Shown: positions 19,506 through 28,405 of the stretch, one piece after another
Layout of the letters: each line of letters opens with the position of its first letter
Numbering within the stretch: the stretch's first letter is position 1
Assembly (NCBI GenBank): GCA_049599475.1
Contig: JBMYOQ010000006.1
Span: forward strand, 1 to 64,000
DNA: 64,000 nt
Reading direction: 5' to 3'
Origin: Opitutales bacterium
Lineage (GTDB): Bacteria; Verrucomicrobiota; Verrucomicrobiia; Opitutales; JABSRG01
The notes under the pieces: model-generated
Databases searched by the model: none
Told to the model about the DNA's origin: nothing
What the model saw: the letters and a program-made list of their open reading frames with translations, nothing else
Made by a program: the position numbers and the translations under genes

Positions 19506-20563
19506 GTAGCGGGGCTAGTTTGTAGGGATTGAGTGGATGCTTTGTTGCGCTTCAGGAAATTATCCAAGCTGAGGCGTCCGCCATTTACAATCGCTAGTAG
19601 AACAAACCCTGCAAAATACATCAGGGCGACTTGGTTATCCTTGCCCTGAAGCGCGTTCCAGTAGAGTGCAACGACCAGAGTGGAACTTACGGCGAGCGCG
19701 TTGAAGCGGGCCCACAGCCCAGCGCCGACGGCAAGGCTGCAGAAGAATTGAATGAGTCCCGCAATAGTGGCCATGATAGCGGGAAAAGGTAGCCCCAGAG
19801 CCAATACTAGATCGATGTCTCGCCAAGGGGTGCCGGTTTTAAAATAGTTGTAGGCGCCGACAAGCTTCGGCCACCCGTGGAGAATTGCGGTCGTCACCCC
19901 CAAGAAAAGAGCGAAGGAAGCAAGTGCGATGTCTCGAACTTTTTCGCTAGATTCGACAAATAAGAATTTGGATACCCATTTTCGCCAGACCGGTTCCTCT
20001 AAATCTTTCGAGTGAACTTTTTCGGAGTTCGATGATTCAGCATTTAGCCAACCTGAAGCAAATTTCGCAAGATTGGGCATCACGAGCCAGCTGAGAATAG
20101 CAACGACGAAGATGTTGAAAACGAAATTCTCGAATGGGAATGTGAGTCCGTATGTTCCCACCAATACAGGCATGAGAAACATGAGCAGAGGTGTGGTAAC
20201 CAAGTTTACGCCAATCCAGGTGATCAACGCCATTTTCCATGTGGGAGGTGGCTTTGCGGCGCCACCTCCCTGGAAGAAGGCCTCGAGACCATGGAGCTCT
20301 TTGTGCTGTGCGGGACCTTTCGTAAATGCGTTTACCTCTTCCGACCATGCGTGGAAGGCGTCCGAGGCATAAAAAGCATCGCGGGCATCGGCATTGGGAA
20401 ATGTGCGAAGGATGCCGAATTGTTGACCATCCAGATCTGTGACCAATTGCGCGCCGTTGGTATTTTTGTCGGCGACTGTATCAGAGAAGAAACGACGTAT
20501 TGCTGTTTCGAATTCGGCTTCTTTGCCCGGAATGACTTCGCGTGTAATGAGGCAGTGGATCAT
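19502..20563 (-). CDS. Antibiotic-biosynthesis-monooxygenase-like + membrane + DoxX fusion
   Basis: ITREVIPGKEAEFE...GLEAFF...PPTWKMALITWIGV, then a DoxX-like HGWPKL...GGRLSLD; ATG 20563. Confidence 0.75.
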   Translation of the reverse strand: MIHCLITREVIPGKEAEFETAIRRFFSDTVADKNTNGAQLVTDLDGQQFGILRTFPNADARDAFYASDAFHAWSEEVNAFTKGPAQHKELHGLEAFFQGGGAAKPPPTWKMALITWIGVNLVTTPLLMFLMPVLVGTYGLTFPFENFVFNIFVVAILSWLVMPNLAKFASGWLNAESSNSEKVHSKDLEEPVWRKWVSKFLFVESSEKVRDIALASFALFLGVTTAILHGWPKLVGAYNYFKTGTPWRDIDLVLALGLPFPAIMATIAGLIQFFCSLAVGAGLWARFNALAVSSTLVVALYWNALQGKDNQVALMYFAGFVLLAIVNGGRLSLDNFLKRNKASTQSLQTSPAT

Positions 20564-20592
20564 GAGATGAGGGAATAATTTCTGAGGAATAT

Positions 20593-20681
20593 GGTAGGGC
20601 GAACCGTCCCGGTGAGCCGCCGGACAGTAACTCCACAAGGGCTGACGCGCTCAGCGGCTCACCGGGACGGTTCGCCCTACC
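20593..20681. repeat. REP doublet (perfect 28-bp inverted repeat, GTAG type)
   Basis: GGTAGGGCGAACCGTCCCGGTGAGCCGC ... GCGGCTCACCGGGACGGTTCGCCCTACC. Confidence 0.9.
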
Positions 20682-20690
20682 TTTTAATCT

Positions 20691-22421
20691 TTATACCAAT
20701 AGCGCTTCCTTGGCAGGACGCACGAAGCCACCGTAGTGTTTAACGGGTGTCCATTCCGCGAGCTCTGGGAGATCCGCGGGAGCAAGGCTGCTGAAGGGGC
20801 CTTTTCCGTAGACGATCTTTCCGTCGAGGACGGTGAGCACGGATTCGAGGTCGCGGATGGCGTCTTCTTCGATTGAGAAGTAGTCTTCCGAAAGAACGGT
20901 GAAATCGGCCAACAGACCGGGCTCGATGCGGCCTTTGACATTGTCCTCACGGGAGAACCATGCGTTGTCCGTGTAGAGCTTCAGCGCGGTGTGGCGGTCG
21001 AGGCGGTTCTTGTCGCCAATCAAAGTCATGCCGCCCATGCCTTTTCCACTGACGGTCCAATGGATAGACTGCCAGGGGTTGTAGCTGGACACGCGTGTGG
21101 CGTCGGTGCCATTGCCTAAAGGCACGCCCATTTCCATGATCTTTTTGAGCGGTGGAGCATCGTTGGCGGCATCGGCACCGTATCGGTCGAGGAATTGCAC
21201 TTCCTGGAAGGCGATGCGGTTTTGCACGGAGATACCGCCGCCCATTTTGGCGATGCGTTCGATGTTGTGCTCTTTGAGCGTTTCCCCGTGGTCGAAAATC
21301 CAGTTGAGTCCGTTGAGTGGGTACTCGCGGTGAACCATTTCCAAGACATTGAGAATGCGTGTCGCGCTCTCGTCGTAGGTTGCGTGGAAACGGAAGGGCC
21401 AGCGCTTGCGGGCGAGGAGATCGACGACTTCGAAAAGCTCATCTTCCATATTTGGACCAAAGTCCATGCGGGGCAGAATGAAGTCCTCAAAATCGTAGGC
21501 GGAGGCGCGCAGCATTTCGCCAGCGCCATTGATTTTGAGCATCGCATCGCCTTCATCGGGCTTAAAGGCTTCTGTCCAGCGCTCGAAGTCTTCAAGCTCT
21601 TTACCTGCTTTTTGAGCAAACAGGTTAAAGCCGATACGGGTGGTCATTTTGCCCTCCGAGTGCAGCTTGCGCACGACACCATAGTCGTCTGGGTAGTTCA
21701 AAAAGCCTCCGCCAGCATCGAGGAAACTGGTGACACCGAAACGGTTCATTTCCTTCATGAAATGCTGGGAAGATAGATAGGCCTCATCTTCGTCCAGCTT
21801 CGGCAGCATGTTTAGGAGCGAGTAAAGTATGACAGCGCTTGGAACGGCGATGAACATGCCGGTCGGGTTGCCGCTAGCATCGCGGATGATACGGCCGCGT
21901 GGGAATACGTCTTTGCTCGCTTTGTCGAATCCTAAAAGTTTTAGTCCTGCCTTGTTGATAATAGCGTAATCGTACAGATGTAATACGTATGCGGGTACGT
22001 CTACCGTAGCCTTGTTGATCTCATCAATGGTGGGGTGGCGGTGCTCGGCGAATTGGTTGTAGCTCCAGCCGCCGACAACGCGGACCCATTGTCCGGGAGG
22101 GGTCCGTTTCGCTTGCTCTGTGAGGAGAAATAGAGCCTCGGAGAGTGAAGTCTGAGCATCCCAACGGAGCTCCATCGAGTAGTTGAGCCCTTGACGAATA
22201 CCGTGGATGTGAGAGTCATTGAGGCCCGGGATCAGTCGGTGGCCCTTTGCATCAATGACTTGCGTGGACGCAGCTTCGTAAGGAGCCACATCTTGTGCAT
22301 TGCCGACAGCCAGAAATTTTCCATCGGCGACTGCGAGACAACTAGCCTCGGGGCATTGCGAATTCATGGTGGTGATCTTCGCGTTTTTGACGATTACGGT
22401 AGCGGTAGTCGTGGTGCTCAT
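20691..22421 (-). CDS. YtcJ/NfdA-like amidohydrolase (cytoplasmic)
   Basis: PGLNDSHIH, FRFHATY, FDHGET, GTDATRVSSYNPW. Confidence 0.9.
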   Translation of the reverse strand: MSTTTTATVIVKNAKITTMNSQCPEASCLAVADGKFLAVGNAQDVAPYEAASTQVIDAKGHRLIPGLNDSHIHGIRQGLNYSMELRWDAQTSLSEALFLLTEQAKRTPPGQWVRVVGGWSYNQFAEHRHPTIDEINKATVDVPAYVLHLYDYAIINKAGLKLLGFDKASKDVFPRGRIIRDASGNPTGMFIAVPSAVILYSLLNMLPKLDEDEAYLSSQHFMKEMNRFGVTSFLDAGGGFLNYPDDYGVVRKLHSEGKMTTRIGFNLFAQKAGKELEDFERWTEAFKPDEGDAMLKINGAGEMLRASAYDFEDFILPRMDFGPNMEDELFEVVDLLARKRWPFRFHATYDESATRILNVLEMVHREYPLNGLNWIFDHGETLKEHNIERIAKMGGGISVQNRIAFQEVQFLDRYGADAANDAPPLKKIMEMGVPLGNGTDATRVSSYNPWQSIHWTVSGKGMGGMTLIGDKNRLDRHTALKLYTDNAWFSREDNVKGRIEPGLLADFTVLSEDYFSIEEDAIRDLESVLTVLDGKIVYGKGPFSSLAPADLPELAEWTPVKHYGGFVRPAKEALLV

Positions 22422-22450
22422 TGGAAATGTCAGTGTTTCGAAAGGTGTTT

Positions 22451-22513
22451 GGGAGGGACGACGTCCTCGTCGTCTGTTGCGATTCGACGGACGCTGGGGA
22501 CAGCGTCCCTCCC
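22451..22513. repeat. REP doublet (GGAG type)
   Basis: GGGAGGGACGACGTCCTCGTCGTC ... GACGCTGGGGACAGCGTCCCTCCC. Confidence 0.8.
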
Positions 22514-22522
22514 TTATTGAAT

Positions 22523-23233
22523 TTAAGCGCCTGCGAGCTCGGGCTCAGCTTGGTGAACAGAACCCTTTGATGGAGTTACCACGTGCTGGTTTTCTGCGAG
22601 TTGTGGATATTTGTGGACGATGGTCGCCGCGTAATCGATGCCGGCACCGTATGCGCCGCCGTGCTGGCGGATGAGGGTGGTCAAGGCGTCGTAGTGCTCG
22701 CGATTTGCCCAATCGCGCTGCCATTCAAGGAGTGCGCCGATTGTCGTGAGACGGATTGCTCCTGCTTGAACCATGCGGCTGAGGGCTGCATCGTGAGCGG
22801 CTGGTGATGTAGCGCCGCAGCAGTCTTCAACGACATAAATGTTGTAGCCTTCGGCGATCATTTCGATGGTTGGCCAGGTCACACATACTTCGGTCCAGAG
22901 GCCGGTCATGATGATGTTCTTTTTGCCTGTTGCCTTGATCGCTTCGCGGAAAGCGATGTCGTCCCAGGAGTTCATGCTGGTGCGCTCAATGGGCTGTTGG
23001 TCTGGGAAGACATCCATCAGCTCAGGCCAGATGTATCCGGAAAAACTTTCAGTTTCGACAGCGGTGAGAATCGCTGGGACACCGAATTCCTTGGCTACTT
23101 TTGCGAGGAGTACCGTGTTGTTGATGAGGGTTGAGCGTTCGATGTTGGAAACACCGAAGGTCATTTGTGGTTGGTGGTCGATGAAGACAATAGCGGTGTC
23201 TTCGGCTGTGTATAGTTTATGATACTGAGACAT
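22523..23233 (-). CDS. ycaC: YcaC-like isochorismatase-family hydrolase
   Basis: FIDHQPQM, ERTSMNSW, GLWTEVC (Asp-Arg-Cys triad), EWQRDW. Confidence 0.88.
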   Translation of the reverse strand: MSQYHKLYTAEDTAIVFIDHQPQMTFGVSNIERSTLINNTVLLAKVAKEFGVPAILTAVETESFSGYIWPELMDVFPDQQPIERTSMNSWDDIAFREAIKATGKKNIIMTGLWTEVCVTWPTIEMIAEGYNIYVVEDCCGATSPAAHDAALSRMVQAGAIRLTTIGALLEWQRDWANREHYDALTTLIRQHGGAYGAGIDYAATIVHKYPQLAENQHVVTPSKGSVHQAEPELAGA

Positions 23234-23326
23234 GGTATTTTAGTGGTTGGTTGTTTGTTTTTGGTTTTTAGGAAAGGCGGGGGCCGCTGGCGCGGAATTA
23301 AGAATGAGGAATGATGGTGTTTGTCC

Positions 23327-23394
23327 GGGAGGGACGCTGTCCCCAGCGTCCGCGTGCTAGTCGATTGGCGGACATTGAGGACAATGTCCCTCCC
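23327..23394. repeat. REP doublet (GGAG type)
   Basis: GGGAGGGACGCTGTCCCCAGCGTCCGC ... GCGGACATTGAGGACAATGTCCCTCCC. Confidence 0.85.
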
Positions 23395-23436
23395 GCGTGA
23401 TTATTTACGAAATTTGATCGAAGCCTCCGTAGGTAT

Positions 23437-25212
23437 TTACGGGTGACCAGCCTGGGCGAAGCTTTGGTAGCTTGGGGCATATTGTTCGAAATGGCCATTA
23501 CCGTGGACAACCCGGCCTCCGACGACTGTGAGGTCGGAGCGACAGAGGCGGACCTCTTCGTCGGGGATATTGAGGTAGTCGCGATCGAGCATTGCGAAGT
23601 CTGCGTATTGTCCGACCTCGATGGAGCCCTTTTTCGCATCTTCGCCGGTGAACCAGGCGCTGCCCTTGGTCCAGATTTTGAGGGCTTCCATGCGGTCGAG
23701 GATATTTTCGTCACCATACATTTGGAGGCCGCCCAGAGATTTTCCGGTAACGAGCCATTCGAGTGAAAGCCAAGGATTGTAGCTGGATACGCGCGTGGAG
23801 TCGGTGCCGCCGCCTACGGGAATGCCCATTTGCAGCATTTTGCGAATGGGCGGAGTCTGCTTGAGCTCCTCGGCTCCGTATTGATTGATGAAATCTTCAG
23901 CCTGGTAGGCGATGCGATTCTGAACAGCGATGCCGCCGCCAAGTCGGGCAATTTTTTCAAGATTTACATCGGTAATTGTCTCAGCGTGATCGATACACCA
24001 GTGCGGCGCGAGGCCTCCGAGTTGATGGGCTACTTTCTCGTAGACGGGTAGAAGCCGATCAATTGTTTCGTTGTATGTCATGTGCTGGCGTGAAGGCCAG
24101 CCGGCTTGGTGGATTGTACGCAGGATGTGCTCCTGGCGGATCTCCGCATCAGCGTCGATATCTGGGCGCGGCATGCGGAAAATTTCGTAGTCGTAGGCCG
24201 CCCAGCAGATGTTTTCGCCGGCGCCGACGAAGCGAAGCATGTCATCACCCTGGCCGTGTTTCCACTCCTTTGTCCAGCGGCGGTAATCGTCGTCTTCCTG
24301 GCCTTTTACTTGAGGGAAGGTAGAGTAGCCGACGCGGACAGTCTGGTGATCGGCTTTGTTGAGTTGACCAATGATATCGTAGGCGTTGGGGAAAACCATG
24401 CCGCCCCCGCCACAATCGGCCACACTGGTGATGCCGAAACCATTGAGCTCGCGGTGGTAATGGCGGCTGGAAAGGTATTGATCTTCTGGTGACAGCTTCG
24501 GAGTGCGCTGCAGAGTTTTGTATAGAATGAGCCCGGACGGGTCGGCCATGAGCATGCCTGTGGCTTTGCCGTGGCGGTCGCGAGCGATGTAGCCGCCCGG
24601 GTAGACGGGGGCGTCGGGGCCGTTGTATCCAATTTCCTCGACTGCTTTTTTATTTAGCCATGCGTGAGCGTAGAGATATTTTACGAGGACCGCATGATTG
24701 GGCGCTGCTGCATTGATCTCCTCAAGCGTAGGCATACGTTTTTCCTTAAACTGCTCATAGGTCCAACCGCCGACTACGCGAATCCACTGATCCGTGGGTG
24801 TGCGGGCCGCTTGATCGCGGATCATTTGCAAGCCTTCCTCGACCGAGGTGACGTTGTCCCAGCGGAGCTCCAAGGCATACATCATACCGCCGCGGACGAC
24901 GTGGGTATGGGAATCGTTGAGACCTGGAATGATGGTTGCGCCTTTTGCGTCGATCACGGTCGCTCCGGCAGATTGGCGGGAAAGAGCATCGGCCGTGGAG
25001 CCGACGAAAGTGAACTTGCCGCTTTGGATAATGAACGCATGAGCGATGGTGTTTTTGGCGTCGATCGTGAGGACCTTGGCATTAGTCACCACAAGGGGCG
25101 TATCGGGGGAAAGCCCGTTGGCTTGGGCGAAAGCGGAATTGCCGAGTAGCAAGCCCGCGGAAGCAGTTGTTGCCGTTTTAAGGAAGTCGCGGCGGGTAGA
25201 TGTGTCTTGCAT
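23437..25212 (-). CDS. Tat-exported YtcJ/NfdA-like amidohydrolase; probable 3' frameshift (restored end 23405)
   Basis: TRRDFLK Tat motif; PGLNDSHTH, GTDSTRVSSYNPW; family-like WSPVNTYGGF lies in another frame. Confidence 0.88.
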   Translation of the reverse strand: MQDTSTRRDFLKTATTASAGLLLGNSAFAQANGLSPDTPLVVTNAKVLTIDAKNTIAHAFIIQSGKFTFVGSTADALSRQSAGATVIDAKGATIIPGLNDSHTHVVRGGMMYALELRWDNVTSVEEGLQMIRDQAARTPTDQWIRVVGGWTYEQFKEKRMPTLEEINAAAPNHAVLVKYLYAHAWLNKKAVEEIGYNGPDAPVYPGGYIARDRHGKATGMLMADPSGLILYKTLQRTPKLSPEDQYLSSRHYHRELNGFGITSVADCGGGGMVFPNAYDIIGQLNKADHQTVRVGYSTFPQVKGQEDDDYRRWTKEWKHGQGDDMLRFVGAGENICWAAYDYEIFRMPRPDIDADAEIRQEHILRTIHQAGWPSRQHMTYNETIDRLLPVYEKVAHQLGGLAPHWCIDHAETITDVNLEKIARLGGGIAVQNRIAYQAEDFINQYGAEELKQTPPIRKMLQMGIPVGGGTDSTRVSSYNPWLSLEWLVTGKSLGGLQMYGDENILDRMEALKIWTKGSAWFTGEDAKKGSIEVGQYADFAMLDRDYLNIPDEEVRLCRSDLTVVGGRVVHGNGHFEQYAPSYQSFAQAGHP

Positions 25213-25262
25213 TTTGGAAAGGTGTTTTGGGAATTAGGAACTGGGTAGATCAGAATTTGTTT

Positions 25263-25329
25263 GGTAGGGGCAAGCATCCCTGCTTGACCGTATCCTTCAT
25301 GGCGCGCGAGCGGGACGGTCGCCCCTGCC
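25263..25329. repeat. Degenerate GTAG REP doublet
   Basis: GGTAGGGGCAAGCATCCCTGCTTGACCG ... GGTCGCCCCTGCC; similar to 11543-11570. Confidence 0.6.
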
Positions 25330-25337
25330 GATCGCAC

Positions 25338-26054
25338 CTAGCTCAGGCGGAAAAGGATGAATTGTGTGCGCTCGTTCGCGTTGATTGTGAAATCGCCGCC
25401 TTCGATGGCTACTCCGTCGCCGGGCTTGAACGTCTCCCCGGATATTTCTAAGTCACTCTGGATGATTTGTATCCAAGAGTATGGATAGGCGTTCTCAGCT
25501 TGTATACTGATCGACTTGCTCGCTTCGAGATCTCCAAAATGGATTTCAGCATCTTGTCGAATTGAGGCTGAGCCGTGCTGACCATCAGGGGATGCTAATA
25601 GCAAAAGCCCATTGGGGATGCGCTTGTCTTTGGTGTCGAAATCACGATAGCGCGGTGCCCCTCCTTGTTCTTTGGGCTGAATCCAGATTTGGAGAAAATA
25701 TGCTGCATTATCGGGATCGGGGTTCATTTCGCTGTGCACGACCCCGGTTCCAGCACTCATATATTGAAACTCGCCTGCTTTAATAATGCGGCCGTTGCCG
25801 AGGCTGTCTTTGTGCTCCAGCTTGCCACTGATCACGTAGGTCAAAATCTCCATGGAGCGGTGCTGGTGAGCGCCGAAGCCCTTTGAGGGCGCGACGATAT
25901 CTTCGTTGATAACCCTCAGGCTCCGGTATCCCACGTGGTCGGGATCTATATATCCACCGAAGGAAAAGCTGTGCTTGCTGTCCAGCCAGCCGAGGTCGGT
26001 AGAACCTCGTTTGTGAGAATCACGTTTCGTGATTACTAATTCATGAGATATCAT
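25338..26054 (-). CDS. Pirin family protein (YhhW-like)
   Basis: HSFSFG, LRVINED, HQHRSMEI, MSAGTGVVHSE, LQIWI. Confidence 0.92.
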   Translation of the reverse strand: MISHELVITKRDSHKRGSTDLGWLDSKHSFSFGGYIDPDHVGYRSLRVINEDIVAPSKGFGAHQHRSMEILTYVISGKLEHKDSLGNGRIIKAGEFQYMSAGTGVVHSEMNPDPDNAAYFLQIWIQPKEQGGAPRYRDFDTKDKRIPNGLLLLASPDGQHGSASIRQDAEIHFGDLEASKSISIQAENAYPYSWIQIIQSDLEISGETFKPGDGVAIEGGDFTINANERTQFILFRLS

Positions 26055-26111
26055 GCGCACAACATAACTCACGACCGTTATTTTGTCTTATGCCTTTTTT
26101 GATATGCGCTT

Positions 26112-26126
26112 ATGCTTTTTAAGCAT
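26112..26126. promoter_or_regulatory. LysR box
   Basis: ATGC-N7-GCAT (T-N11-A) between the divergent pirin and LysR genes. Confidence 0.6.
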
Positions 26127-26167
26127 TAGCCAAATAACGGTTTTTAAATATACTTCGAGAAGATCGG

Positions 26168-27103
26168 ATGAAGGTAGCACGGCTAAAGTATTTTATGGTC
26201 ACCGCTGAAGAATTGAGCTTCAGCAAGGCGGCACGGCGTTTAGGCATTGGGCAGCCCTCACTTAGCCGTGCTATCAAGGAGCTCGAACGTGAAGTGGGCG
26301 CACAGCTCTTTACGCGGAACACGAATCGCGTGACCCTTACAGACATAGGAGAGTTGATTCTCCCGAAGGTCGATGAGGCTTTGCTCCTGATCGAAGAAAC
26401 CTTCAGAGATATTCAAGAATTTGCCGTAGGTAAGGATGGACGCCTGAATATTGGGTATTTGCCGATTCTTTTAAATGCGTTCCTGAGCGATGCTTTGGAG
26501 ACCTTTCGCCAAACTACTCCAGGAATTGCGGTGTATCCCGCGGAAATGTCGCCGACTCAGCAGAAAGCTGCACTCAGGGCTGGCGAATTGGATATTTGCT
26601 TTACCAAGCTTTTCACTAGTGAGGAAATGGATCCGGACTTCGACTATTTTGAGCTGTTCGGGGTTGATGTATGTGCTGTGGTATCGAGCAAGGATGCGCT
26701 AGCTCGTTATGATGAGTTGGAAATATCGGCGTTTAAGGATCGTCGCTTGGTGGGTTATTCCCTTACAGAATTTCCTGAATGCGATGTAGAATTCAGGAAA
26801 GTGTTTAAGGATAATGCGATGCGCCACGACCCATTGGTGCGTGCGAATAGTATCCAGAACGCGCTCACAGCGATCGATGCAGGTAGGAGTTTTGCTTTGA
26901 TGCCTTTCGTAAAGGGTGAATCGATTTGTAATGGATTAAAGGTGATTCGGCTCAACCCGAGTGTATCTAGTATGTGTTTTTATGGTGTGGTATTGCGGGA
27001 CGAAAAACGCAAAAGTGTCTTATCCTTTCTCCAAGAGTGCCGAAGGATCGGTAGAATGAATGTAGAGTCTGGTGTGGACAGAGACGCAGCGACTATTCGA
27101 TAG
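26168..27103 (+). CDS. LysR family regulator
   Basis: LKYFMVTAEELSFSKAARRLGIGQPSLSRAIKELE. Confidence 0.93.
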   Translation: MKVARLKYFMVTAEELSFSKAARRLGIGQPSLSRAIKELEREVGAQLFTRNTNRVTLTDIGELILPKVDEALLLIEETFRDIQEFAVGKDGRLNIGYLPILLNAFLSDALETFRQTTPGIAVYPAEMSPTQQKAALRAGELDICFTKLFTSEEMDPDFDYFELFGVDVCAVVSSKDALARYDELEISAFKDRRLVGYSLTEFPECDVEFRKVFKDNAMRHDPLVRANSIQNALTAIDAGRSFALMPFVKGESICNGLKVIRLNPSVSSMCFYGVVLRDEKRKSVLSFLQECRRIGRMNVESGVDRDAATIR

Positions 27104-27997
27104 ATGGACCTGAGAAAATTGTCTTACTTCCTGGCTGTTGCCGAAGAATTGAGTTTTAGCCGTGCTGCGCGTCGCTTGGGGGTGACCCAACCTGTAGTCA
27201 GCCGGGCTATCAAAGAAATAGAGGCGATGCTGGACGCAAAGCTGTTTTTCCGGGAGTCTAGTGCGATCAAGCTGACCCCCGCTGGAGAGGCATTTTTGCC
27301 AAGGGCCGAAGAAGCCTTGGATGCGATCGATGAGGGTGTGAAGTCGGTCCGTGATATTTCCGCGAAGGGTGGCGCAATCATTGATATCGGGTATTTGCCT
27401 TCTTCATACAAATCCTTCGTTGGAGATGCGTTGAATGTGTTTTGTCAGGCTTTTCCAGGTACGCGAGTGAATCCTCATCCGATGGATGCAGGCCCGATGA
27501 TTGAAGCCTTGCGATCGGGCAAGATTGATGTGGCATTTATCGGGCATATCTGTCCGGAAGTCGAGCGTGAGTTCGATACATTTAAGCTCTGTGAAATTCC
27601 ACTTTCTGTGGTAGTTGCGATGCATCACCCTCTAGCTCAAAAGGAATTCGTGGAGATCGAGGATCTGAAGGGCCTGTCTTTAATCTCCTTAGAGGCTGAC
27701 AACTACCCCGGGCGGCATGAGCTGATCACAAGCCAGTTGAGGCGGGCTGGAATCTCTCCCAAAAGTATTCGTCGCGTAGATAACCTGCTCTCCGTCTTGG
27801 CTAATATAGCAAGTAGCGACGCGTTTTCACTCATGCCGGCTGAGGTAGAAAGCGTGGCGACGGACCATGTGAAATTTATCCAGATAAATGGGTTTCAAGG
27901 CGCTGTCGACTATCACGCCCTCGTCCGCCGCGATGAATCCCGCAAAATGGTGCTCGCATTGTTACAAGAATGCCGCCGGATTATCCAGGCGAAGTAG
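27104..27997 (+). CDS. LysR family regulator (tandem paralog)
   Basis: LSYFLAVAEELSFSRAARRLGVTQPVVSRAIKEIE; shares the DE.RK.VL..LQECRRI C-terminus with the upstream LysR. Confidence 0.93.
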   Translation: MDLRKLSYFLAVAEELSFSRAARRLGVTQPVVSRAIKEIEAMLDAKLFFRESSAIKLTPAGEAFLPRAEEALDAIDEGVKSVRDISAKGGAIIDIGYLPSSYKSFVGDALNVFCQAFPGTRVNPHPMDAGPMIEALRSGKIDVAFIGHICPEVEREFDTFKLCEIPLSVVVAMHHPLAQKEFVEIEDLKGLSLISLEADNYPGRHELITSQLRRAGISPKSIRRVDNLLSVLANIASSDAFSLMPAEVESVATDHVKFIQINGFQGAVDYHALVRRDESRKMVLALLQECRRIIQAK

Positions 27998-28405
27998 ACT
28001 ACATCGCTTCGAGAATTTTACTTGCTTGGCGCTCTATTGAGTAGATGCGCAGTTTTCCTGTGAAGCCTTTGAGTTTTGATATTTCGGCTGAGTCTACTAG
28101 CGGCATAGGGTCTGGGCCTATGGTGATTTCTCCAATTAAGGGATCCGCGCGCCACCTGGGCAGTAGATCGTTTCGGTCCGGGAGAGTTTGCCGTCTAATG
28201 GCTTTACTTCTAGGTTGCCGTGTATGGCCTAAAAGCTCCCTGAAGAGAGTTTGAGGTTTTTTATGCTCGACCTTGAAAGCTCAACCACACTGTAACTGCG
28301 CCCTCTTCCAAATGTCGATACGTTGCTTATTTTAGTGTGAAAAACGTTTAAATTAAATTGACTCTTTACCTGAGTCGCAAACAACTCGGCTTTCAATTAT
28401 ATCAA

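Noticed and set aside
28150..28230. c-di-GMP-I riboswitch (GGCAAAC...GAAA on the minus strand)
   Set aside because: It lacks the paired P2 stem and the GACGCAAA element, and it is on the wrong strand for the adhesin gene.
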